This document shows, piece after piece, positions 37,642 through 46,460 of a DNA stretch of 64,000 nucleotides. Source of the DNA: an uncultured Gammaproteobacteria bacterium (GTDB lineage Bacteria; Patescibacteriota; Microgenomatia; UBA12405); assembly GCA_964628885.1 (NCBI GenBank), contig CAZVMP010000002.1, forward strand, positions 10,330-74,329. The letters are read 5' to 3'. Every line of letters starts with the position of its first letter. Position 1 is the stretch's first letter. The notes below the pieces were generated by a model. That model made no database searches. It was not told the DNA's origin and saw only the letters and a program-made list of their open reading frames with translations. The position numbers and the translations under genes were made by a program.

Positions 37642-39465
37642 ATGAACGCTCGTCAACTTAAAGATAAATTTATTAATTTTTTTGTTTCCAAAAATCATTT
37701 TGAGATTCCTTCTGCCAGCCTGATTCCTGAAAATGATCCTAGTACTCTTTTTATCTCTGCTGGAATGCACCCCTTAGTGCCCTATCTTTTGGGTCAGCCA
37801 CATGTCTTTGGTAAGCGTCTTACTAACGTTCAAAAATGTATTCGTACTGGCGATATTGATGATGTTGGTGATAAATTTCATCACACTTTCTTCGAAATGT
37901 TAGGCAATTGGTCTTTGGGTGATTATTTTAAATCAGAAATGATTCCTTGGAGTTTTGAATTCTTAACTCAACACCTTGGTTATAAGGTTGAACAAATCCA
38001 TGTAACTTGTTTTCAAGGAGATGATCATGCTCCTAAAGATACTACTTCCTATAATCTCTGGCTTAAGCAGGGGATTATAAAAGACCATATTCATTATTTA
38101 CCCAAAAAAGATAATTGGTGGGGACCTGCCGGTACCACCGGTCCCTGTGGTCCTGATACTGAAATGTTCATTGATCTTGATGTTACTGCTGGCCCTATAG
38201 ATTTTATTTCTGGCTGCAAGTCAGAAAGAATTGTTGAAATTGGAAATGATGTTTTTATGGAATATAATCAGACGGCAGATGGTAAATATTTACCTCTGTC
38301 TCAAAAGAATGTTGATACTGGTTATGGAGTTGAAAGAAACATCGCTGTTATTAATGGTTTTACTGACAACTATTTAACCGATATTTGGCAACCGATTGTT
38401 CAAACTGTTGAGCAAATATCAGCTAAAAAATATTCTCAGGGTGGTCAAACTACTACTGCAATTAGAATAATTTGTGATCATATCAAAGCCGCTGTTTTCA
38501 TCATTGCAGATGGGGTTGAACCATCAAACAAAGAAACCGGCTATGTTCTTCGTCGCCTGATTCGTCGAGCCATTCGTCAAGGGAAACTTTTAGGTATTGA
38601 AACTAATTTTACTTCCCAAGTTGCTATCTCAGTTATTAATAATCAAGAAAATTATGCTGGTATTTACCCAGAGCTGGATATTAATAAAGAAAAAATCCTC
38701 TCCCTTCTTGATTTTGAAGAAAATAAATTTCGTAAGACCCTTAATCGGGGATTAGCCGAACTTCAAAAAGACGAAACTAATTTTCAAAAATTACATCCTG
38801 ATACTAAGTTAGTTGATAAAAAGTATTTAGGGGATAAATCTTTTTTTTACTATGAAAGTTTTGGTTTTCCTTTTGAAATGTTTTATGAAGAGTCCAAATT
38901 GGCTAAAAGTTATCCCCGAGAAGAGGTTTATCAATATTTTGAAATCGCCCGACAAGAACATACTAGTCAATCCCGTAATCTTTCTGCTGGTAAGTTTAAA
39001 TCTGGTTTAGCTGATCATTCTGATTTAATTATTAAATATCATACTGCAGCTCATCTTATGCACGCTTCTCTTCGACGAGTTTTGGGTAATCATATTCATC
39101 AGGCCGGATCTAACATTACCACCGAAAGAATTCGCTTTGATTTTACTCACCCTGATAAAGTTACTCAGGATCAACTCCAACAAGTTGAAGAATTAGTAAA
39201 TCAGCAAATTAAACTGGCTCTCCCGGTTAATCATCAAAATATTTCCTTTGTTGAGGCTAAAAAACAAGGAGCTCTTTTTCTTCCCGGACACTCTTATCCT
39301 GATATGGTTAGTGTTTATACTGTTGGCGATCCTAATAATTACTATTCCAAGGAAATTTGTACCGGCCCTCATGTTCAAAATACTAGTCAATTAACTGAAT
39401 TTAAGATCCTTAAAGAAGAATCAGCCGGTTCTGGTAAACGTCGTCTTTACGCTACCCTAAAATAA
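37642..39465 (+). CDS. alaS: Alanyl-tRNA synthetase (catalytic and editing domains; no C-Ala domain)
   Basis: The N-terminus FFVSKNHFEIPSASLIPENDPSTLFISAGM, the editing HxxxH motif (HTAAHLMHASL), and the CTGPH motif. Confidence 0.85.
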   Translation: MNARQLKDKFINFFVSKNHFEIPSASLIPENDPSTLFISAGMHPLVPYLLGQPHVFGKRLTNVQKCIRTGDIDDVGDKFHHTFFEMLGNWSLGDYFKSEMIPWSFEFLTQHLGYKVEQIHVTCFQGDDHAPKDTTSYNLWLKQGIIKDHIHYLPKKDNWWGPAGTTGPCGPDTEMFIDLDVTAGPIDFISGCKSERIVEIGNDVFMEYNQTADGKYLPLSQKNVDTGYGVERNIAVINGFTDNYLTDIWQPIVQTVEQISAKKYSQGGQTTTAIRIICDHIKAAVFIIADGVEPSNKETGYVLRRLIRRAIRQGKLLGIETNFTSQVAISVINNQENYAGIYPELDINKEKILSLLDFEENKFRKTLNRGLAELQKDETNFQKLHPDTKLVDKKYLGDKSFFYYESFGFPFEMFYEESKLAKSYPREEVYQYFEIARQEHTSQSRNLSAGKFKSGLADHSDLIIKYHTAAHLMHASLRRVLGNHIHQAGSNITTERIRFDFTHPDKVTQDQLQQVEELVNQQIKLALPVNHQNISFVEAKKQGALFLPGHSYPDMVSVYTVGDPNNYYSKEICTGPHVQNTSQLTEFKILKEESAGSGKRRLYATLK

Positions 39466-39497
39466 CTAAAAATCCGGATTTATAGTATCCTTATAAT

Positions 39498-41690
39498 ATG
39501 GAAGGGAACAGTTTTTGGTTGATATCTATTCAAAACGACGAAGTTAGTGTTTCCCTAGTTTCCGCCTCTGATAATAAATACCGGGTTTTATCATCTGGCC
39601 CTAGTAAAAACTGGGATATTAACAATCCTTCTACTTTCACCACCGCTATCGATGAGTCTCTTTCTGTAGCTTCTTTAAATGCTAATATCACCGAAGAACA
39701 AGAACCATCAACTGCTGCTTTTGTAATTCCTCCCTTCTGGGTTAGTAATGACAGTAAAATTCTTCCCAGTAAGGTTAAATTTATTAAAGAAGCCTGTAAA
39801 AGTTTATCCTTAACTCCAACTGGGTTTTTAGCCGAAGATGATGCTATTGTTGAGGACGCCAATCAGTCGGATGGATTTCCCGCCAGCTTTATTCTAGTCC
39901 ATCTTTCGGCCAAAGATTTTTACCTTTCTCTAGTTTATCTTGGTCATATTAAAGAGAGAATTAAAAAGGACCTTAGTCAGGAATTTACCGGTCAGGATTT
40001 AGAATCAGCTTTATTAGAAATAAATTCTGAATCAGCTCTCCCTCCTCAAATCATTATCTTTGGTCAGTTTGATGCTAGGATTTTAAGTTCTCTTAAAAAT
40101 TATCCTTGGGTTGGTAAAAAAAACATTGAAACCTTTCTCCATCTCCCTGAAATTAAATCCTATGATCAAGATCAAATTATTGATATTTTTACTCGGGTTA
40201 TTTCCGGCCAAATTAACCACTCTTCCAGACTCCCTGATTCAGATGATTCTTTAGAGGAAACTCCCGTTTCTGATGATAATTTTTCTGACCCTAAAACTCT
40301 AGACGATCCCAATCTTCCACCTTCAACCAGTTCTCAAACCCCTCAAAAAGAAACTTTAATTGAAACTACTCCAGAAGAGCTTGGCTTTGGTCAAACTCCT
40401 TCTGATTTTACTTCTTCGCTTCCTATCATTACTCCTGCCGATATTCCCCCTCAGCCTCAAGATCCTTCTCCGCCAATTTTTACTCCTTCACCTTCGCCTT
40501 CAAGAAAAAGTAAAATTTCCTTTAATTTTTTTAAAAAAATTAAACTTCCTCGGCTAAAATTTAATCAGAACTTTCTCTGGTTTGGTTTAATTTTATTACC
40601 AATTTTAGCTGCTCTTCCATTCTTTTTACTTAAAAGTCAGGTAACTATTTTTGTTATCCCTTATACCTTTAATAAATCTCTTCCAGTGACTCTTAAAGTT
40701 GACGCTAATAATAGTGATATTTCTAAATCTATAATTCCTATTACTAAAGAAGTTTTTGATGTTAAAGCTAAAGTTAGTATTAAGACTACTGGTCAAAGAA
40801 CCATCGGCGATAAGTCTCAAGGAGAAATAATTATTTTTAACAAACTTGATAAACCACAAACTTTGCCAAAAGGAGCTATTATTGTTGATTCAACTGGTAA
40901 AGAATTTGAGCTAGCTACGGGGATTACTATTGCTGCCAGCAGTTCTGATTTAGAAGAGGGGGTTATTAAACTTGGCCAAACTAAGACAGTTGCCATTGCT
41001 TCCGATATCGGCTCAGAATACAATATTGTGGTTGATTCCCAATTAAAGTTCAAAGAATATTCTGAAACCGATTTTATTATCAAGACTGAAACTACTTTCA
41101 GTGGTGGCAGTCGTCAGCAGGTTGCTGCCGTTAGTGCTGAAGATATAACTAATATTCAATCCCAAATTAATCAAGAAATCGCCCAAAAAATTGAAGAAAA
41201 AATAATTCAGACAACGGGAGACGTTTCTGGTCTCATTAAAGAAACTATCCAAAGTAAAAAAGGTAATTTAGAGCTTAGTCGTGAAATTGGGGAAACTACC
41301 GAAGATCTTACTGGTAGTATTTCTGCCTCAGTGACTGTTTTTGTTCTCTCCAATGAGACCAAAGACAGTGTTATTAATCAGTTTATGTCTTCTGAAGCCG
41401 ACTTTAACAACAGTCTTTTTGATCCTAAGGACTATACTTTTTCCCTTAAAGTTAATAAAATTGAAACTAACCAGGCTGCTGGTAACTTAACTGTTTCTGG
41501 TAAGTCTTTGCCCAAAATTAATGAGTCTAATCTCAAAAAAGCCCTAACTTTCAAAACGGTCCAAAAGGGTGGGGATATCATCAAAAAAATGATTCCTCGA
41601 GCATATAATTTTAATATCAAAACTAAACTTCCGCTCCTACCATTTATTGCCAATAATATCAGCGTTGAAGTTAAGACTGAAACTCAGTGA
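39498..41690 (+). CDS. Hypothetical 730-aa bitopic membrane protein: PilM/FtsA-like N-terminal region, Pro-rich linker, TM helix, large extracytoplasmic beta-rich domain
   Basis: The N-terminus WLISIQNDEVSVSLVSASDNKYRVLSSG...AAFVIPPFWVSNDSKILPSKVKFIKEACKSLSL resembles the SHS2/actin-like PilM N-terminal pattern. The linker is P/S/T-rich, the TM helix is FLWFGLILLPILAALPFFLL, and a C-terminal domain of about 360 aa follows. The stop overlaps the sortase start. Confidence 0.4.
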   Translation: MEGNSFWLISIQNDEVSVSLVSASDNKYRVLSSGPSKNWDINNPSTFTTAIDESLSVASLNANITEEQEPSTAAFVIPPFWVSNDSKILPSKVKFIKEACKSLSLTPTGFLAEDDAIVEDANQSDGFPASFILVHLSAKDFYLSLVYLGHIKERIKKDLSQEFTGQDLESALLEINSESALPPQIIIFGQFDARILSSLKNYPWVGKKNIETFLHLPEIKSYDQDQIIDIFTRVISGQINHSSRLPDSDDSLEETPVSDDNFSDPKTLDDPNLPPSTSSQTPQKETLIETTPEELGFGQTPSDFTSSLPIITPADIPPQPQDPSPPIFTPSPSPSRKSKISFNFFKKIKLPRLKFNQNFLWFGLILLPILAALPFFLLKSQVTIFVIPYTFNKSLPVTLKVDANNSDISKSIIPITKEVFDVKAKVSIKTTGQRTIGDKSQGEIIIFNKLDKPQTLPKGAIIVDSTGKEFELATGITIAASSSDLEEGVIKLGQTKTVAIASDIGSEYNIVVDSQLKFKEYSETDFIIKTETTFSGGSRQQVAAVSAEDITNIQSQINQEIAQKIEEKIIQTTGDVSGLIKETIQSKKGNLELSREIGETTEDLTGSISASVTVFVLSNETKDSVINQFMSSEADFNNSLFDPKDYTFSLKVNKIETNQAAGNLTVSGKSLPKINESNLKKALTFKTVQKGGDIIKKMIPRAYNFNIKTKLPLLPFIANNISVEVKTETQ

Positions 41691-42403
41691 GTTATATTTA
41701 TCTCAAAAAAAAGTCAAAATCACTTTCTCCTAAAGTTAAGCGTCGCCGTATTGTTGCTGCTAGCTTTGTTTTTATTGGAATTACCTTTTTGGGTTTAGCC
41801 GTTTTTCCCATTATTGGATTTCAACTTTCTTATTCTACTCGTCTTCGACAGATTATTGATCCTTTATCAACTCAATCATACAATCAAACCTCCATTTTAG
41901 GGGAGTCAGCCACTGATTACACTCAATTATCTAACTGGTTTGTTAATTCCCCAGATCTTCCTAATCTTAATCAGGAAGTGATTGATACCGGAGTTGATAG
42001 CTATTATCTTTCCATCCCTAAACTTAAGATTAATCGGGCCATAGTTGTCCTTGGTAGTATGGATTTAGAAAAAAGTTTAATTCACTATCCACAAACTGCT
42101 CTTCCTGGTCATTTTGGCAACCCTGTTATTTTTGGTCATTCAGTTTTGCCCCAATTTTTTAACTCCAAAAACTATCTAACTATCTTTTCTACTCTTTTTA
42201 AACTAAATCAGGGAGATGAAATAATTATTGAATATGATAAATCCACCTATAAGTATATTGTTGAAGAAATGTTTGAAGTTAAACCTACCAATCTTTCAGT
42301 CTTAGATCAAAGATTTGATGATAAAACTCTAACCTTGATTACTTGTAGCCCTCCGGGAACCTATCTCCGTCGCTTAATTATTAAGGCTCATTTAGCCTTA
42401 TAA
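41687..42403 (+). CDS. Sortase-family transpeptidase
   Basis: N-terminal TM anchor. Catalytic His (VIFGHS), LTLITCSPPG (the TLxTC Cys motif), and a downstream Arg (YLRRLII). Confidence 0.7.
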   Translation: MSYIYLKKKSKSLSPKVKRRRIVAASFVFIGITFLGLAVFPIIGFQLSYSTRLRQIIDPLSTQSYNQTSILGESATDYTQLSNWFVNSPDLPNLNQEVIDTGVDSYYLSIPKLKINRAIVVLGSMDLEKSLIHYPQTALPGHFGNPVIFGHSVLPQFFNSKNYLTIFSTLFKLNQGDEIIIEYDKSTYKYIVEEMFEVKPTNLSVLDQRFDDKTLTLITCSPPGTYLRRLIIKAHLAL

Positions 42404-42405
42404 CT

Positions 42406-42777
42406 ATGAATGCCCTAGGAATTGATTATGGCACTAAAAGAATTGGTCTGGCGATTGCCATTAAGGGTATTATTCAACCCTTAACCACTCTTAAAAACTC
42501 TCCAAAGCTTATTGATCAGTTAAAGCAAGTAATTTCTGACTATCAAATTGATGAAATTTATGTTGGTATTTCTCAAGGAGTAATTGCTAATCAAACTAAT
42601 AAATTTGTCATCCGGCTCAAAAATATGCTACCATTACCCATTAGCACAGTTGAGGAAGCTGTTAGCACTATTGAGGCTAATCAAATCTTTCTTACCAACA
42701 AAAAGCATCAAAAAGATTATCAAAAAACCATTGATGCTATCGCTGCTGCCGTTATTTTAAAAAGAGTTATAAATTAA
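42406..42777 (+). CDS. ruvX: Holliday-junction resolvase-like RuvX/YqgF
   Basis: MNALGIDYGTKRIGLAIA matches the YqgF N-terminus with its catalytic Asp. RNase H-like fold. Confidence 0.8.
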   Translation: MNALGIDYGTKRIGLAIAIKGIIQPLTTLKNSPKLIDQLKQVISDYQIDEIYVGISQGVIANQTNKFVIRLKNMLPLPISTVEEAVSTIEANQIFLTNKKHQKDYQKTIDAIAAAVILKRVIN

Positions 42778-42784
42778 CAAAACT

Positions 42785-42982
42785 ATGATTAAAGATCTAA
42801 TTGCTCCAATTCAAGCTTGGCTATTATCTCAAAAGAGGTGTGTTGGCTGTGGCACTGCTTTATCAAAAGGTGTCCGTAAACAAGTTAGAGGCCAAACCAC
42901 TGTTACCTGTCATTGCGGTCGTATTTTTATTTATGATGAGACTAAAAAGACTTACCGCCGAGCTCTCTTTGATGAAATTTAA
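42785..42982 (+). CDS. Small zinc-ribbon protein
   Basis: CVGCG...(x18)...CHCG forms a four-Cys ribbon in a 65-aa protein. Confidence 0.4.
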   Translation: MIKDLIAPIQAWLLSQKRCVGCGTALSKGVRKQVRGQTTVTCHCGRIFIYDETKKTYRRALFDEI

Positions 42983-42987
42983 ATCTA

Positions 42988-43953
42988 ATGAAAAGGGCTT
43001 TTTTTGTTACTGTTAGTATTATTCTGATTTTACTTTTATCGTTAGTTCTTTATATTAATTTTCATCTCTCGCCTGTTTCTAGTGACACTACTGCCATCAT
43101 TTTTACTATTAAAAAAGGTGATGGAATTGTTAATATCACTCAGAGGCTTAAAGACAATCAGCTTATTAAAGACAAGTTTTCTTTCATTGCTTACAGTGTT
43201 ATTACTGGTCAAAATCAGAAAATTCCTTCTGGAAATTTTAAGCTTTCTCCTTCATTATCAGTTCAAGACATTTTTAAAAATTTTAGTACTGGTGGAATTA
43301 CTGATTACTGGTTAAAAATTATTGATGGTTTCCGTATTGAAGAAATTGCCAGACTTTTCCCCGATGACCTCTCTTTTAATCAGTCAGATTTTTTAGCCCA
43401 AGCCAAGGTCAAAGAAGGTTATCTTTTCCCTGACAGCTACCTTATCCCCAAATACTATAACCTTAATCAAGTCTTAGATTTTTTAGATCAAAATTTTAAT
43501 AAAAAATTTGCCCAAGCTAAATCTGGTAGTAGCAGTCTTCTTTCAGATCAAGATAATTTAATTTTAGCGTCCTTATTAGAAAGAGAAGGGAGGTCGCTAG
43601 ATTCAAAACAAATGATTGCTGGAATTCTTTTAAACCGGCTGGGGATAAACATGCCACTTCAAGTAGATGCTTCCGTGCAATATGCACGTGATAGTCAGAC
43701 TCCTAATTTAACTAAATATTGGCAGCCTGTCAGCAGCGACCATCTTCGTCAGGTAGATTCTAAATATAATACCTATCTTTATCCCAATCTCCCCCCAGGG
43801 CCAATTTGCAACCCCGGTTATGACTCGCTTTATGCTGTTTATCATCCAACCGATTCCGACTATCTCTACTATATTACTGGTAATGACGGAAAAATGTATT
43901 ATGCTAAAACCCTAAAACAGCATAACCAAAATATCTCCAACTATTTAAGATAA
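42988..43953 (+). CDS. mltG: Endolytic murein transglycosylase MltG (YceG-like)
   Basis: An N-terminal TM helix. LASLLEREG, LQVDASVQYA, YNTYLYPNLPPGPICNPG and the catalytic Glu context match YceG. Confidence 0.8.
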   Translation: MKRAFFVTVSIILILLLSLVLYINFHLSPVSSDTTAIIFTIKKGDGIVNITQRLKDNQLIKDKFSFIAYSVITGQNQKIPSGNFKLSPSLSVQDIFKNFSTGGITDYWLKIIDGFRIEEIARLFPDDLSFNQSDFLAQAKVKEGYLFPDSYLIPKYYNLNQVLDFLDQNFNKKFAQAKSGSSSLLSDQDNLILASLLEREGRSLDSKQMIAGILLNRLGINMPLQVDASVQYARDSQTPNLTKYWQPVSSDHLRQVDSKYNTYLYPNLPPGPICNPGYDSLYAVYHPTDSDYLYYITGNDGKMYYAKTLKQHNQNISNYLR

Positions 43954-45021
43954 TTTTTGATTAATCATTTTGTTGAGTCTTACCCATCTTTCTTTTTTAA
44001 CCTTTGTTGGCACTTCATCAAGATAAAGTTTTTCACTTACTGTTCCTGGTCGAGGGGAATACTTGTTTAGATAAGCTATCTCAAAATTTACCTGACGACA
44101 AATATCAACCGTTTCTTCAAAAGCCGCTTCATCTTCTCCTGGAAACCCAATAATAATATCGGTACTAAACCGAACTCCTTCAACTTTAGCTTTTATCTTT
44201 TTTACCAAATCTAAGTATTCTTCTTTAGTATAATTTCGGTTCATCTTTTGCAAAACTTCATTATTTCCAGCCTGAAAGGGGAGATGAATTAATCTATCAA
44301 TATTCTTATACCTAGCAATTACTTCAATTAAATCATCAGAGAAGTCCCACGGGTTATTACTGACAAATGAGACTAGTTCAACTTCTTTTTTAGCTACTTC
44401 TTCCAATAAATTTGGAAATAAGCTTTTAAACCTTTTTTTACCCATAAAGACATAGCCACAATCACTTAGCTCCGATCCATACGAATTTACATTTTGTCCT
44501 ATTAGTAAAATTCTTTTATTTCCTTTTTTAATTGCCCTATCTACCTCTGCTAATATCTCCTCAAAAGGTCGGGAAACCTCGCTTCCTTTTGCTTGAGGAA
44601 CAATACAATAAGAGCACATGTTGTTGCAACCATAACTAATTGGCACTAAAACCACTCCTTTAAGTTTTTTAATTGGTTCTGTCACGATTGTATATTTTTC
44701 CAACGGTTTAAATTCTACTCCCGCAAAGTTCTTTTTTACTTCCATTTTCTTTTTATTATTTTTATTCATTACCCCGACTAAACATCCAGTTATTACTATT
44801 TTCTTGTTAAATTTTTGGATATTTCTTAAAAACCCATATGCCCTGTTTTCAGCTGACTGCCGAATAACACAAGTATTAATTATTACTTCATCAGCCTCCT
44901 GCCAGTCTTTAGCTTCCTGCCAGCCATTTTCCCAATAGTGTGCCTTAATTCTTTCTGAATCAGCCGTGTTTTGGATGCAACCAAAAGTCTTAATAAAAAA
45001 CTTCATTTCCGATTTTACCAA
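43945..45021 (-). CDS. MiaB/RimO-family radical-SAM methylthiotransferase-like enzyme lacking the TRAM domain
   Basis: MTTase N-domain (KFFIKTFGCIQNTADSE...INTCVIR), radical-SAM motif SYGCNNMCSYCIVP. The ORF ends before a TRAM domain would begin. Confidence 0.65.
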   Translation of the reverse strand: MVKSEMKFFIKTFGCIQNTADSERIKAHYWENGWQEAKDWQEADEVIINTCVIRQSAENRAYGFLRNIQKFNKKIVITGCLVGVMNKNNKKKMEVKKNFAGVEFKPLEKYTIVTEPIKKLKGVVLVPISYGCNNMCSYCIVPQAKGSEVSRPFEEILAEVDRAIKKGNKRILLIGQNVNSYGSELSDCGYVFMGKKRFKSLFPNLLEEVAKKEVELVSFVSNNPWDFSDDLIEVIARYKNIDRLIHLPFQAGNNEVLQKMNRNYTKEEYLDLVKKIKAKVEGVRFSTDIIIGFPGEDEAAFEETVDICRQVNFEIAYLNKYSPRPGTVSEKLYLDEVPTKVKKERWVRLNKMINQKLS

Positions 45022-45028
45022 ATCAACC

Positions 45029-45505
45029 TTATTTTAATATTTTTTTTGCCACTACTAATAATCCTGACCCTAAAGTTGATAAAATCACTGTTGGTAACAT
45101 TACTCCTGCCGCCGGCAAGGTAGTTGTTTCCGAGTCAGTGTTAACTGTTTCCCAATTTACATTTTCAGCCCCAGTAGTTAAAGTAAAATTAATTGTTGAA
45201 CCATTGTTGGATATAATTACCGCATGATCTCCGTCCGTTAAAGTTCCTGCTGAATATGACCAATTATTATTACTATCACTTACTGTTGTTCCTTCATCTT
45301 CATCTACCTTCACCGTCACTGTACTTTCAGCCGGAGCCTCGCCGTTAAAAACCACCGTTGAACCAGAAAACCACCAATGAGAAATCTGTCGGCCACTGGT
45401 GTCTACTGGTCCTATTGATTTTAAACTAAATCCACTAGCTATCACTTTTTGTTTAAAACCCAGAAAAAAACTTATTAAAATCAAGATTACGATTAATCTT
45501 TTCAT
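45029..45505 (-). CDS. Small secreted protein with a C-terminal cell-wall-sorting-type signal (LPAAG, hydrophobic segment, KKILK)
   Basis: An N-terminal signal peptide and a Thr/Ser/Asn-rich beta domain. The C-terminus reads ...ETTTLPAAG-VMLPTVILSTLGSGLLVVA-KKILK. Confidence 0.5.
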   Translation of the reverse strand: MKRLIVILILISFFLGFKQKVIASGFSLKSIGPVDTSGRQISHWWFSGSTVVFNGEAPAESTVTVKVDEDEGTTVSDSNNNWSYSAGTLTDGDHAVIISNNGSTINFTLTTGAENVNWETVNTDSETTTLPAAGVMLPTVILSTLGSGLLVVAKKILK

Positions 45506-45553
45506 ATTATCATCTTAAAACTATTTTTTTTCATTTGCAATCTTTTTAACTAA

Positions 45554-46318
45554 ATGAGAATATTATTTATGGACGACATCAAAAGTAATAACCCAAACAA
45601 CCAAACTCAGGATGATTATCAAGAAATCCTTGATAAATATGCTGCCTCTATTAAGCCAGAACCTCAAACAGTTCCTTCAGAAACCCCACAACCGACTGTT
45701 AATCCAGAGCCGGAAATTCCACAACCGACTATTCCTGCTGATGCTCTCAAAGAAGTTACTCCATCTCCAGAACCCTCTTTAGAAACCACTCCCTTAACTC
45801 AGCCTACCGATATTATTCCTGAAGCTCCAGCCAGTCAACCAATCACTCCACCAGAACCAGAAACCAAAACTCCCGAAGAAATTAAAGCCGAAATTGACCG
45901 AATTCTTACCGATGAACCTAGTAGTGATAACCAACCAAAAACCACTCCTCTACCATCTTCATCAGGTTCGGGTAAGTTTGTTAAATTTTTATTTACTATT
46001 TCATTAGTTATTTTCTTGGCAGTTGCGGGAGGATTAGCTTATTTTATCTTTATTAACAAGCCGGTTAAAAATAACATCTCCAACGATATTATTCCTACTC
46101 AAGCTCCTAAACCCAGCTGTGTTTTAAATGGAGTTGAGTATAAGCTTGGTGATTCTTTTCCTTCAGCTGATGGCTGTAATACTTGTGTCTGTCAAGCAGA
46201 AGATGCTATTTCTTGCACCCAGAGAGATTGTAGTACTGTTAATACCACTCCTTCAATTTCTCCAGCAACTCAATCTGCTACTCCAACCCAAGAGGCCCTT
46301 CCAACCTTAAGCCAATAG
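45554..46318 (+). CDS. Membrane protein: Pro/Glu/Thr-rich N-terminal region, TM helix, extracytoplasmic 6-Cys domain with a VWC-like spacing
   Basis: PEP/PQPT repeats, TM helix FVKFLFTISLVIFLAVAGGLAYFIFI, then C-VLNGVEYKLGDSFPSADGC-NTC-VC-QAEDAISC-TQRDC. Confidence 0.4.
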   Translation: MRILFMDDIKSNNPNNQTQDDYQEILDKYAASIKPEPQTVPSETPQPTVNPEPEIPQPTIPADALKEVTPSPEPSLETTPLTQPTDIIPEAPASQPITPPEPETKTPEEIKAEIDRILTDEPSSDNQPKTTPLPSSSGSGKFVKFLFTISLVIFLAVAGGLAYFIFINKPVKNNISNDIIPTQAPKPSCVLNGVEYKLGDSFPSADGCNTCVCQAEDAISCTQRDCSTVNTTPSISPATQSATPTQEALPTLSQ

Positions 46319-46460
46319 TTTCTAAACTGTTTTGCTTATTGCTAATCATTGATACTAGGGGTAAAATACCTACATTCTAGCGAGCGGTTGGTACATAACT
46401 CGCATCTCCGTCCAAGCTTAGTGTTGTTGACGGAATCTTTTTTAGTAGTTAAATTTATTG

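Noticed and set aside
46319-46457. 139-nt relatively GC-rich intergenic region upstream of rpoB considered as a small ncRNA
   Set aside because: Only one weak 5-bp stem (GCGAG...CTCGC) and a promoter-like TTGACG-17-TAAATT were seen. There is not enough structure or length to support an RNA gene, so it is more likely the rpoBC promoter region.
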